From assembly GCA_951406725.2 (NCBI GenBank), contig OX597818.1, positions 145,204,001 through 145,268,000 on the forward strand: a DNA stretch of 64,000 nucleotides, given 5' to 3'. Below the pieces are notes generated by a model that ran no database searches, had not been told where the DNA came from, and saw nothing but the letters and a program-made list of their open reading frames with translations. The stretch is from Octopus vulgaris. Its lineage: Eukaryota. This document shows, one piece after another, positions 14,813 to 28,108 of the stretch. The position numbers and the translations under genes are program-made. Each line of letters begins with the position of its first letter. Position 1 is the first letter of the stretch.

Positions 14813-14991
14813 TATATATATATATGTAGCACGAAAACACTATGATATCTTGGGTCATTGGCTGATGAGGAAATCAGCTGTATCGGGTTTTTGCCAAAAT
14901 TTCTCGTCCGTTTCTTGTTTTCGTTTAACCTTTCGCTTCAGTGGGCTCTTTCTGTTCAACCCTTGATATACAAATATATATATATGTGTGT

Positions 14992-15033
<42 letters not shown>

Positions 15034-15106
15034 AAGTGTGTGTGTGTGTGTGTGTGCGTGTGCGTGCGTGCGTGCGTGCGTGTATATATGTATATATATA
15101 TATACA

Positions 15107-15432
15107 TTTTGGCATTGAAAGCTACACCAATGCCAGAGCGGGACGACACTGTATAGTGCCAAAGATCCCCGCAACGCCATCGTGCCTCAGGACCAGTTAC
15201 TGCAACAGCCTGGGTTTCAGGGGCCCACAGCATTTTAATATTCTCCCAAAGTGTCTGAGGAACCTGCACAAAGTCGATGTAAGCATTTTAAAATAAAAGC
15301 TGTCGCGAGTCTCATGATCCTACCTCACGACAAGAGGTGCAAATGAGTGCCACATATTGGAGGAGGCTCTCAGTAATAACAGTGTAGCAAAACGGCGGTG
15401 CATCAGCATGGCCGCAGCTATGAGTTGAAACT
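15107..15432 (+). mobile_element. 3' end of a CR1/L2-group LINE
   Basis: FGIESYTNARAGRHCIVPKIP...NSLGFRGPQHFNILPKCLRNL...ILK*KL resembles the CR1/L2 ORF2 C-terminus. Ends in GGCGGTGCATCAGCATGGCCGCAGCTATGAGTTGAAAC. Confidence 0.75.
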
Positions 15433-15433
15433 A

Positions 15434-15513
<80 letters not shown>

Positions 15514-15766
15514 GGTTATGTCTGAAATTAAAGTTTAGATAGGAGACTTCAAAATGTAGTATCCAAACCTTGTTTTGTGCACATCCCTAGTAATATCTCT
15601 TGAGAGAGTGTTCACCACTTACGGCTATCAGGTGTCATCCGTGGTACTGTGCTTTAGTCGCAGGATCTGCGTAAGGGATTCCTCGGTGCGCGTTTAGTAT
15701 GTTTTAAATAATTGATAGGGAAGAAAGAGTGTACTGTATCTTTTTGGCTTACATATATATATAAGT

Positions 15767-16077
<311 letters not shown>

Positions 16078-16090
16078 TATATCTGTCTCC

Positions 16091-16127
16091 TGTTTCTAAA
16101 GAAGAGCTTTGCTCGAAACGTAAAACA
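16091..16127 (+). ncRNA. Degenerate minimal hammerhead ribozyme-like motif (Penelope terminus type)
   Basis: tgttt-CTAAAGA-A-GAGC-ttt-GCTC-GAAA-CG-TA-aaaca: 5-bp stem I, core with G5 changed to A, 4-bp stem II, palindromic ACGT stem III, GUA triplet. Confidence 0.55.
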
Positions 16128-16290
16128 CCCTTTCTTTCCTTCCCTGAGCGTCTTTTAATACTTTGCATGTCCTCGCGTGTTGTTTTTTTTTTGTTTACGT
16201 GTGTTTTTTCTTAGTTTTCTTTGGGAATTTATATATATATATGAGTAAGGTGTAAAGAGTAAGTGGAGCAAGAACACACGCAAACGAAAA

Positions 16291-16337
16291 ATGTCGCTGA
16301 AGAGGTCACAAATGTGTGACAAAAGATATCTGGACAA
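16291..16337 (+). ncRNA. Degenerate hammerhead-like motif
   Basis: Intact CTGAAGA, then G-GTCACA-aatg-TGTGAC stem II, AAAA in place of CGAAA, palindromic GATATC, and partial stem I (TGTC/GACA). Confidence 0.4.
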
Positions 16338-16465
16338 TGAACATGACTTAAAATAATAAAATAAGAACAGTAATAAACGAGTGAAGAATGAATATATAAT
16401 GCGTGTATTTACTTGGCCTCCACCAAAAAAATGATCGTCCCAAAATATGTGTAGCAGTACATTAA

Positions 16466-16542
<77 letters not shown>

Positions 16543-17316
16543 CTTGAACTCTTTACAAATATAGTTTTGATACTCTGTCTATAGTTCTGATTTCTTTTTT
16601 TCTTTTTGCTTACTTTTTAAACTCAACTGTTCAACTATTCATGCGCACACATTCAAGTATTCACACATGCATACATACATATATACATACATGCATACAT
16701 TCATACATACATGCATACATTCATACATGCATATACACACACACTCACACGCATATATATATATATGTTTATATATTTACATATGTATATATATATATAC
16801 AGATACATATATATGTATGCATATACGTATATATATGTGTATATATAAGAATATATGTATGTGTATATGCAATATTTTGCATGTATATATATATGTGTAT
16901 CTATGCGCAGGTGCATCTCCTGCAACTTGGTAAACAATGATTCCTAAACTTCGGAACTGATGAAAATATTTTCTTTATCCATTTTGTAAAGGTATTTATT
17001 GTTCGGTCACAAAAAACAAAAACAAAAACAAAAAGAAAACGAAAACAAAAGAAAAAACCCCAATCACTTAACACTTTTGCACTTTTAAGACGAGGTTAGA
17101 AACAACTGGTTAATCAATTCTTGTATGTAGCTTCTATTTTTCTATATTGTTCCATGAGTTCGTAAGTGGTTATCGTGAAGTGATAGTCTGTTATACTTGA
17201 CAAGAAATACTTTGGAAATATGGCTTCTCTCCTCACACGAACGCTATTAATCATTATTTGACACGTTGTTGCATAAGCTGCAACTGATAATATATACACA
17301 CATTATATAAACACAC

Positions 17317-17564
<248 letters not shown>

Positions 17565-17920
17565 GTATGTATTTAGTAATCGAATACCGGGGTAAAGTAA
17601 TATGCTTTATTATTATCAAAGCTGCAAAAGCATTACAAAAGTGACACAATAAACTGTTACTCGGAGTTTCACATTCCCGGGCATACAGACTTTTGTATAT
17701 TTTTACACGCTGACACCACACACACATATACATACTTGCATACACACGCGCACACACACATGTTTACTTGGCAGTGTTACTTTTTCATTGCCGTTATCTT
17801 GACAACCCGGGAACACCTACAATTACTTGCAACATGCTAAGTTTCTATATCAGCGTGATATTTATTACTATTTCGGAATATTTATTCTTAAATCTCTGTC
17901 AAGACAAATTTTATAATAAA

Positions 17921-18277
17921 CTAGCACTATGACCCGGCGTTGCCGGGTCATAGTGCTAGTGCATGCATATACAGCTGCGTGCGTGCACACATACACGCGA
18001 GTACTGTCCAGATCTCCGACCAATCACATACAGCTAGCTGGCATTCAATTGGCATATCAAGTTCCGGGCATTTTGATTGGGTTTCGGATAGAAAATTCAC
18101 TTCTATTGAATTTTTAATAGCTTTGTTGGGTGACTGGTGAAATGTAAAGATATGCACGACCATCCATGGACGGTTTTGAATGACCATAGAAAGAGCGAGC
18201 CCTCTAACTGAAAAATTGTGGATTTGTATAAAGGACACACACACACACAGACATTTTGCCGTTTATATATATAGAGA
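17921..18277 (-). mobile_element. Non-autonomous Helitron
   Basis: Minus strand reads A|TCTCTATATATATAAACGGC...CTAG|T: 5' TC, 3' CTAG, A/T insertion site, terminal hairpin, no TSD. Confidence 0.85.
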
Positions 18278-19333
18278 TTTGACTCTATTCTCAGTATGAA
18301 GTCTCCCTCTCCGTAAGTAATATGGTGCATTCTTAAACCTTCTTTAAACCTGGATCTAACATTTACTTCAAGTTTTTCTCATACCTTTTGAATATATTTT
18401 AATCAATGCGTGAGTTGAAACTGCTCTTATGTAGCACTTCTACATTCTTTGGTTTTTAACTGTTTTTTTTTTACGCGTTCAGTGTACACAGAATTGTTCA
18501 ACTCCAATGTGACTACTAGCCTTACCATTTTCAGGTATTGACTGGGACTGTAACACTGAATTCAGCTCGTTTTCACAAGTTATTTAATAATTTTTGGAAA
18601 CCCTTTTTAGATGCCTTCTAAATACTTCAACTAGAAATTCGGGATTTTATCCTTTTCTGTTGCGTACGGGTTAATTCTTGACATAATATCGCCTTCCTTG
18701 AAAGTCAATTTGTTGTGCATAGTTTTGTGCATTCTGGTCTGTGACGATTCCTTGTTTGGTAACGTTAAATTCTGTGTTATACATGCTTTTATTCACCAAA
18801 ATCAAGATTAATATTAAGGATGAGTGTAATATAAGGTATTCAGTTGAAAAGATTTCCCCGTCCACATTTATTGAGTAAAAGGAAACAAAAACAACACAAT
18901 TACGTAATAAATTTCTATTAGATTTTGTTCTTAAATAAACCTGTTGCATGAAGTATTAAAAACTAATATATCAGATTCTAATAGATTGTTTACTCTTGAA
19001 GCAACACTGGAATATCAAACATGATGTTATACATCTTGAAAACAACTAAGGCAACAAAACCAAGATGCGTGTTATAGGCCTTGTAAGATCTGTCGACTAT
19101 TCACTTTTACAATGTTGCTATTTTCATAACTTCCGTCTTTAAACATCTTAATTCTTAGATCTTTCTCATATTCCCCTTTTTTCATATTTTCGTCTGTGTT
19201 GTTTTCCTTCAGCCATTGTTTGTCAGTATTGTGTTGGTACGTTAAACTTTAATTTTGGTGCATATCTACGTAATATGATATGATGTATAATATAATAATA
19301 TGATATAATATAATATACTATAATATAATATAA

Positions 19334-19718
19334 TCTTTATATATAAAAGTGAAGTTGTGTGCCTGTCTCCTACGATTTAGATTCCTAACTACTCCCACAT
19401 TTTGCGGTGCAGTTTAACCAAAAGCGGATATCTTATAGTCGTGATTCATATCGAGCCCTTCTGGGTATTAGCGCGCGTCTACGATGAGTCTGCGATTTAA
19501 AAAAAAATTACCATCATTTTTTTCCATTTTAATGTATTTTTTCGCTATTATATGAGGGAAGTAACTCTCTAAAAATGTCTACGATGAGTCAACGAATTAA
19601 AAAAAATTTACCATCATTTTTTTTCCATTTTTAATGCATTTTTTTGCTATAACTCTCTAAAAATGCTTATATAGTTATTTCCCTTACAAACCCGAGCAAC
19701 GCCGGGTGATACTGCTAG
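19334..19718 (+). mobile_element. Non-autonomous Helitron inserted in a (TAATA)n tract
   Basis: A|TCTTTATATATAAAAG...CCCGAGCAACGCCGGG-TGATACTG-CTAG|T. Has an internal duplication of about 100 bp. Related copy at 60457. Confidence 0.9.
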
Positions 19719-20056
19719 TATAATATAATATAATGTAATATAATATAATATAATATGATGTAATATAATATGATATGGATATTGTGATTTGCATTTTCAA
19801 TGTCATTAGTTTTAATGCCTGTATTCTTAGTGTTGGTAATTTTGTCGTCTGACTTTTACTTTTCGTTGTTTGTATTTTCTAATGTGTTCTGTTCCTATGT
19901 CTGGCATCTTTAGGTTTTGAGGATGCGTCTTCATTTAGATCAGTATTATTACACTTGAATTTTATGGCCTGTTTATTTTGTAAGGCATGTAGCTGTAAAT
20001 TATACACGCAGTATAGTTACGTATACTTACAAATAGTAGAACCCTAAAAAATTCTA

Positions 20057-20497
20057 TGTCTGAAAGGGTTGAAGACAGGCATTTTCCTATTTGGTCAAGG
20101 GCTCATTAACTTTTTCAGGTTCCACCTGAAAAGGAAGGTAAGGGTGGATATGGAGGTGCTGTCGCCCAGTGCGTTCGTTGAAAGGTGGGTGAATGTGGCG
20201 AGGATGGCCTGTGTGAATGGGCCTACACCAAGTATGCGCTTGTAGGCTGGAGAAGGTAGAGTGAAGATGGGTACTTGCTTGAGGCGCCCTGTGTGATCGG
20301 GATGACCATGGAGTGTGGGATTTCCTTGGACGCTCCTGTTCGGATTTCCCCTTTTTGGAGAATTTAATTATTTGAATTCTATTGCTGATTGTTTTTGTCT
20401 ATTTACTATTTACATACATCATCTAAACCCCACCGTCCCTTGTTCGTTTTGTATAATGACCTTTTGATTTTGTGTGGGCCCTTGTGGTCAATGAAGA

Positions 20498-20500
<3 letters not shown>
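20057..20500 (+). mobile_element. 3' end of a Tx1/L1-like LINE (ORF2 C-terminus and 3' UTR)
   Basis: 20057-20245 reads CLKGLKTGIFLFGQGLINFFRFHLKRKVRVDMEVLSPSAFVERWVNVARMACVNGPTPSMRL*, with an 'FxxRW' terminus. The UTR ends GCCCTTGTGGTCAATGAAGAAA followed by (ATT)n. Confidence 0.6.
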
Positions 20501-20537
<37 letters not shown>

Positions 20538-20960
20538 GAGGCGGCGAGTTGGCAGAGTCATTTGAGCGTGAAATAAGAAGGCCAGGCGATATTTCTTCCG
20601 ACTTTTTACATTTTGTGTCTAAATTCAGCCGAGGTCAACTTTGACTTTCTTCCCTTCTAGATCGATAAAATAAAATATCAGTGAAGCTCTGTAATCGTCA
20701 TAATCGACTGCTTCACTTCCTACTTCCACAATTTTTGTTTTTCTGCTTTATCTGCAATGTCTTTCGCCCCTGTGACCAGTAAAAAAAAAAAAAAAAAAAA
20801 AAAGTCGTGGATTGGCAGAACCGTTAGAGCGACGTATAAAACGCCATGCAGTATCTTGTTACAGTTCTTTAAGTTCTGAGTTCAAATCTTGCCGAGGTCA
20901 TCTTTGGCTTTTCGGGGTCAAAAAAAAAAATGTAGTGTGACCAATGGTATCAATTAACCC
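20538..20960 (+). mobile_element. Two tandem degenerate SINE family B copies (about 20538-20710 and 20804-20960)
   Basis: GGCGGCGAGTTGGCAGA head and GCCGAGGTCAACTTTG core match the full copy at 36128-36351. Confidence 0.75.
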
Positions 20961-20993
20961 TTTTCCTTCATGCGTGTCTCTAAACCAGAAGCA

Positions 20994-21172
20994 ATCATCA
21001 TTATCATCAGCAGCAGCATCACTACTACTACTACTACTACTACTACTAGTGGGGATAGTGATAGTAGTAGTTGTAGTGTTAGTAGTAGCGGTGGTGGTAG
21101 TGGTGGCAGTATTAGTCGCTCTTGTTAAAACTTGTATTGAAACAGGTGTGGTTGCAGTTATGACTGCACCAA

Positions 21173-21209
<37 letters not shown>

Positions 21210-21668
21210 TGTTGGTGCTGTTGGTGCTACTTCTGCTGTTGTTGTTACTTTACTTGCTATTTCTGTTCTTACATCACATTACAAGTTGTTACTGGGAATG
21301 TAACAGCAATGGACAATGCAGTTGAGCTCGCTGCTTTATTGTTGTTGTTATTACTCCTGCTGTTATCACTCTTATTGTTTTAGTTATTGTTATCGTTGTT
21401 GATGATGTTCTTGTCGCTCCAGTTGTTAATGCTGCGGTGTTTGTTGTGTCGTTCTTGTAGTTGTTGTCGTTATGATTTCGTGTTGTTATTGCTGTTGTCA
21501 TTTCTATTATAACTATGTTATTACTATTGCTGTTATTACTGTTCTTACTCATGTTGTTGTACTTACTGTTGCTGTCATTGCTTTTCTTACTAGTGTTGTT
21601 GTTATTGCAGTTGTTATCACTGTTGTTGTTATTAATGCTGTTTTCTTACAGTTAGTGTTGTTGTTATT

Positions 21669-21709
<41 letters not shown>

Positions 21710-22230
21710 AATTACTGTTATTACCGTTATTGTTGCTTCTCTTGTTATTACTGGTGTTATTACTGTTATTGTTATTATTACTGTTGCTATTATTATTATT
21801 GCTATTATTGTTGCTACTATCACTGTTGTTATCGTGGCTGGAGTTATTACTGTTATTCTTGTTGCTGTTTTTATCATTATTGTTGTTATCACCGTGGCTA
21901 TTATTGTTGTTATTACTTTTGTTATTATTACTGTTATTACAATTATTGTCGTTATAATTGTTACTGTTGTTATTATTACTGCTGTTGCTATGATTGCTGT
22001 TGCTACTATTACTGTTGTTATTATGGCTGGTGTTATTACTGCTGTTGTTATTACTGTTATTGCTAATGCTGTTGTTATCTTTATTGTTATTATTGTTGTT
22101 ATTATTATTGTTATTATTACTGCTGTTATTACTATTACTGTTGTTGTTATTCCAAGTGCATTTGTTGTTGCTGCTGTTATTGCTGCTGTTCTTGTTCCTC
22201 TTGTTATTGCTACAGTTCTGCAGTTGTTAC
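20994..22230. repeat. 1.2-kb degenerate trinucleotide region (GTT/ATT/ACT/GCT)
   Basis: Read directly; source of the V/I/T/A-rich and poly-L ORFs. Confidence 0.85.
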
Positions 22231-22750
22231 TGTCTAAACCATGTTATTCTCCGTCGCCCTCCTTTCTCCATTACCATCCATTACCATTATCATTCCCTAC
22301 TCTCCTTCTCTTCTCACCATTCTTCCATTCTATTCTATTCTATCCTATTCTATTCTACACTAGTCCATTCCGGTCTATTCCACTTTTTTCTACACTCATC
22401 TATTCACAAAGGTGTTTTCCACGTCACCAGCTGTTTTCATTTCAGTCTTTTCCTTTTCATTTTTTTCTTATCTGTTCCTTCATTTTTTTCGTTACTTTTT
22501 TGTTATATTTGAAAGGCCAAAAGGTGGGTTGCTGGAGGTGGTGACGGAGTGTGGGCCCTGGGCCGTTTTCCAGTTAATTCTTGGCAAACTGCCGGACAGT
22601 CTGTTGGATTTCCTACGATAATGCTACCCTAAACCAACCTGTTTCCTCTCCTCTCTCCTGTCAGTCCTGTGAAATCTGACAAGGGAGTTTGTACCGTATG
22701 CACACATATACACACAGTTGCATATATACTTAATACCTTCCATATATATA

Positions 22751-22822
<72 letters not shown>

Positions 22823-23012
22823 CACACATATATAATATATATATGTGTATAAATGTGCATATATGCGTGCATATATATTTTATGTATATATATATGCATA
22901 TGTGCATACATATATGAGTATATATACTTATATACACATACATTTGTGTGTATATATAAATATATATACTTATATATGTATGCACATATGCATATATATA
23001 CGTGTATATACA

Positions 23013-23075
<63 letters not shown>

Positions 23076-23539
23076 GTATATATCAAACATATATGCATAC
23101 ATATCTGCTCATTTATACACATATAAGCACACATGCACACACATATATAGGTGGTGTAGATGGGGGTAATGAAAGCTAAATGTTGTAGTATTTTTTTGTT
23201 GTGTTTTGAATGTATATGTATGTGTTTTTTTTATGTATAAATGTGAAGTATACACTTGCATTTCTATGTTCGCGTGAATAGTTGCGTACGGTTTTATGTA
23301 ATTTGTAACTGCGTAATTTGGGGGTTTAAGTTGGAAAGCGTTTGTGTGGACATATGTAAGTACGGATGTGTATGCATCCCAGAACAGGTGCGCATAGTTG
23401 CATGTGTTTATATATATGTATATATATGCATATATATATATATGTATATATATGTATATATATGCATATATATATATTTAAATTTTTATTTATTTATCTA
23501 GTTTCAGCTCACTAGCTGTGGCCATGCTGGGGCACCGCC

Positions 23540-23588
<49 letters not shown>

Positions 23589-24791
23589 AAATATCAATCA
23601 TGAGCTCTGTAGGCTGATGAATTTGCGATACAGTTTCGTATCCAGGTCAAGTGTTCGTTGTTTGTAACATCATTCGTTATTCTAATATACGAATTCTCCT
23701 CAATGAACACGCACACGCACACACACACAACATACACGTAAATTTAAATTTACAAAAATGAAAGACAATTATGTGCTCGTCAGTTTCTTTCCGTCATTAC
23801 ATATCTACTCGGTACACACACACGCACGCGCACACACAAACACACACACTTGTTTTATGCATGACTTTTTGGCCTATCTTGTATGTATGTATGTATACAC
23901 CCTGTTATATGAGAAAACCAGGGTTACTTCATATATTTGACTAGGAAATAAAGAAAACTATCAGCTTTTCTATTCGTCGACCAGATTTATTCGTAATTTA
24001 TGAGTAAAAGATATAACAAAATAAGAATTTTGTTCTTCACCCGACCTCAGGCACTAGGTACGAATCAGTGAAGTTTACTAAAGCAGTATTGAAATCGAAA
24101 TGTTTATTAAATCACTGCAAGTCAGTATTGAAGGAGAAGACTTACAATGAAATTCACACCAGACATCGACACCACATTTTCTTTTTATTTTTATTTTTCC
24201 TTTTCTTTTTTTGAGCTCTCTTCCTTTCTTGAGATTCTTAGATGTGACATGCAGAAGATTTGGCTGTAAAAAGTTCCTTAATTTTCTCGGTGAACTACAG
24301 GCTGTTTGTTTAACCAAAAATCTGCCCTGATTGCAACAGTGACCGTCATATCTTTTAGCGCGTTAGAGATTGCCTTGTGTAATGTGTTAGTTAATTTTTT
24401 ATACAGTAGGGTGTATTTGACATAATTTAAATTCTATACATAATTCACGTTATGTAATCATATAGAGGTTCAGAGGCAAGAATTGATAATTTTTGTCTTG
24501 TCATTAAGAAGAAATACGGTGGATCACATGGTAAATCTGTCTAAGCCCGTAACGCAAATTCTTAGATATTTTCATTCTATCTAAAATGTAGAAAATTTTC
24601 ATTTAATTTTGCAAAATTTAAATCAAATATCAAAAGGCTTTATTGATATTTTTGTAAGCTGCAGGTTTTGTGTTATTAGAATGGATTTATCAAAGAACGA
24701 GGTGAGCCGAGCCGGACTAATGAAGTTTCACATTTAGCACTCTTTCGCCTCACTCGATACTACCATATATAACAGACGTGTATATATATAC

Positions 24792-24822
<31 letters not shown>

Positions 24823-24886
24823 GTGGTTTTACTCTTTATCTTATATTAAACTTTTAATACTTTTGATAGTTACATATATTAAAATG

Positions 24887-24941
<55 letters not shown>

Positions 24942-25150
24942 TAAAATATATATATATAAATTTATAAGTATAAATTATTAATTTAAATAATTTTTAAAAT
25001 TTTAACTTCAAATTTTAAATTAAAATAATTTAAATTTTGAATTTTATATTCTATATATTTTTTATTAATTAATTTCATTTCTATGTATTGGTTTATGACT
25101 TTCACTGATTGATTTGCCTAATAGTGGTTTTGTCTCTAATTTAATATATA

Positions 25151-25201
<51 letters not shown>

Positions 25202-25246
25202 CATATATATACATATATATACAACACATACACACACACACACTCT

Positions 25247-25288
<42 letters not shown>

Positions 25289-25389
25289 CCCTCATACATA
25301 TTGGAGTAAATTTCTGTACCATGCTTTCATGCTAATATATGAGAATTTGATTTAAATACAGTCATCTTCAGGAAAATTGCTGCAGTTGT

Positions 25390-25870
25390 TGAAGTAAAAT
25401 ACAAGTTGTATCACAAGTCGTGTGTTAGCACCATTACTCTTTTGCTCGTTATTGGTGTGTCATGGTTTATGACACAAAAGTTTTATGGTTGGAAAAATTG
25501 TCAACAATTTGAAGTATTATTTTAAGGAGTGGTCGTATCGAATGCATCTCACCTCTATCTTTTGCGAAATGCCTTCTGAAAGCAATGTACTATTTTTGAG
25601 AGTGTATTTGTATTGGCTCTTAAATGAGTGGGAGTTTTTCCTTTTGTTAAGTCGATAGACACAATTCTGCCATTTGTACTCAGTTGTAGTAGCCTGACAC
25701 ACGGCACTGTTTCTCATGTGCTGATTATCCAAGGGATGCGATTCACAAAGGCAATAAACTTTATGATTTATTCAAGAGGAACAATATGAAAACCTGTTAT
25801 TCCACAACGGCCTCTATAAGAAAAACTTCTTTCATTATCACAGAATCCTTCGAAACAATACAAAATAGAA
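25390..25870 (-). mobile_element. Degenerate Penelope-like element, GIY-YIG region
   Basis: HPLDNQHMRNSAVCQATTT...NSHSFKSQYKYTLKNSTLLS resembles the PLE pattern 'CPLxxxCLxxSVVYQATV...HxxSF...NSTxLS'. Confidence 0.5.
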
Positions 25871-26205
25871 AGATGACTATAATTGTCGAAACACTGACAT
25901 ATAATATAATATAATATATATTTCGGTTTGAATCAATCATGGTGTACATACATACATACACGTATTAAAGTGTGTTAGTGTGCTTATCTGTATTAAGGGT
26001 GGAGTTGAGTTCATAGATTGTTGTGTCTACAAGTCTCAGTATTCAATATTAATTGGGTTCTATTCAATACAGCAAATCCTCTTTGCTATAGTACAATGCT
26101 AAAAGATATGAAATGTAATGTCCTAACCAAAGATTTTAATGATGGATACTTAATAGATGTGTGTTTGTCTACACGTATTTTACTATACATACATACATAC
26201 ATACA

Positions 26206-26239
<34 letters not shown>

Positions 26240-26240
26240 C

Positions 26241-26796
26241 ATGGTGGTGGCTGCTCCCTCGTTATCGAGTATGGCCATTGCACGAAGTTTAATCAATGTT
26301 GTTATCGTGCAATGCCTGTGCAAGAAGATTTTTTTAAAGTGGAGAAAGGCAGTGCACTGAGTCAATCCCACTCACTAAGCAACAGCAGCCATAATCCGAA
26401 AAGAAGAAAAAGTCAACATCATCGGTAACCACTGAGCCGCAGGTTTTATGTCGGAGTTATTCCAGTTACCTGAGTTACCTTCTCCTAGAAGGATGCCCTA
26501 ACAAAGGCTAGAAGTCCTTCACTCCCAATGGTTTAACCGCGCGATCGGGTATTCAGTCCGATTATTTCTATGTCCCCGCGCATGATACAACCTTAAGGCA
26601 TTTATTGGATGGCCGTTGACTCTCAAGAGTTCCTCCGCCCTTTGACGAGTTTTGTTTTTCATTCTGCAGAGTGTCCAATAAACACCCTCCTCACCAAGCA
26701 AGCTTGGTGGGGTTGCCGGTTTAGTCGCCGACGACCCGACCATGCAACAGGTTGTACTGGGTTACATGTTACCAGTAGCACTCGAAAGTGACCTGA
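26241..26796 (-). mobile_element. Non-autonomous RTE-derived element (5' UTR joined to 3' end) inserted in (ACAT)n
   Basis: Minus 3' end ATACTCGATAACGAGGGAGCAGCCACCACC parallels the RTE end near 31512 (ATCCTCAAACTGGAGGAATTGCTGACGACC). The 5' part (GTCAAAGGGCGGAGGAACTCTTGAGAGTCAACGGCC) resembles RTE 5' UTRs. No RT ORF. Confidence 0.5.
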
Positions 26797-26942
26797 CATA
26801 CATACATACATACATACATACATACATACATACATACATACATACATACATACATACATACGTGCATGCATGCATACATACATACATACATACATACATA
26901 CATACATACATACATACATACATACATACATACATACATACA

Positions 26943-26974
<32 letters not shown>

Positions 26975-28108
26975 CAGTCGTCCTCAAAATTATTCATACT
27001 CTTGTTAATTTTTGTAATCATGTGAAGTTTCTCGGCGGATTCCTTCACGTTTTCCTGATGTAATCTTCCTTTCTCATGAGTCCTTGTACTTTGACAAGGT
27101 TCCCTGTGCCACTGGAAGAAAAGCATCCCCATAACATTGTTTCCACCACCATGCCTGACGGCGGGCGCAGTGTTCTTCGGCTTGTATGCTTCTCCTTTCT
27201 TTCTCCAGACGTATTCAGCATTCATACGGCTAACTTCGTCTCATCAAACCATAGACTAGTTGACCAAAAGCTGAGATGTTGGTATCTTGTTTCACCTCTA
27301 GCAAAGGCCAGGCGAGCCTCCAGATGTTTCTTTCTGAGCAGCGGCGTCTTCCGAGGTCTACGTCCATGGAGACCTTCTCTGTGCAAAACTAGCTCAATTG
27401 TGGACCGTGACACTTTCGTCTCTGCCTCGTCAAGCGTTTCAATTAGGGCCTTGATTTTGGTCCGGGGGGTTGTTGTTGACGTCTCGACAGATTTTCTTCG
27501 CAAGTTTGAGAGACACCTTACACTTCCTGCCGCGCCCACTGAGGGTTTTAACAGTGTTGGACCTCTTGTGCCTGTTGATTATGCTCCTGACGGTGCTTTA
27601 AAATGGCCTTGTAATCCATTCCTTCACTGTGATCACGCACGAGACGTTGTCGTTGGTCCTCACTGAGCGCCGTATTCTTGGTCATACTGATCAGAAATTG
27701 AGAATGGTCAGAACACTTTTCTTCGATTTATACCTGACCCAGCTCGAGGTTTTCGCCAAAGAAAAGTGGGCTATCTTCCCATAGAAGACATGTAGGAAGC
27801 TTGTGGACACGTACAAGAATAGTCTAGAAGCAGTCCTAAAAAACAAAGGCTATGCTATTGGCTATTAAAGAAAGATATTGTATTCAGTAAACTTAGGATA
27901 TGAATAATTCTGAACATGGCATTTTTTGAAAATCCATGAATAAAATACCCCTGAAATGAAGAATTTCTTGAATTGTGCATTGTTGTTATTCTTTCACTTG
28001 TTGATCACATATGACTTATAAACAAATTTGACAAAATGCATTCACAAAAATTACAAAAATAAAATTCTCTGAAATTAACAAGGGTATGAATAATTTTGAG
28101 GACGACTG
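26975..28108 (+). mobile_element. Tc1 (IR/DR, Sleeping-Beauty-like) transposon with internal inversion and deletion
   Basis: 37-bp TIRs (CAGTCGTCCTCAAAATTATTCATACYCTTGTTAATTT, 1 mismatch) flanked by TA. The N-terminal transposase is on minus (ATG 27685; RKTPLL, LWFDETK, VRHGGG). The C-terminus is on plus at 27743-27868 (LEVFAKEKW...LEAVLKNKGYAIGY*). Confidence 0.92.

Noticed and set aside
21472-22544. Hydrophobic V/I/T/A-rich 236-aa ORF and overlapping poly-L ORFs, resembling membrane or mucin proteins
   Set aside because: Degenerate NTT/NCT trinucleotide repeat with no domain or splice evidence.
23610-23650. CTGATGA..GATAC..GTA hammerhead candidate (also CTGATGA at about 28213)
   Set aside because: No convincing stem I or stem II, so not counted among the relics.
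24886-25075. Almost pure A/T stretch as a replication origin or matrix attachment region
   Set aside because: Expected in an AT-rich, microsatellite-dense genome; no specific signal.
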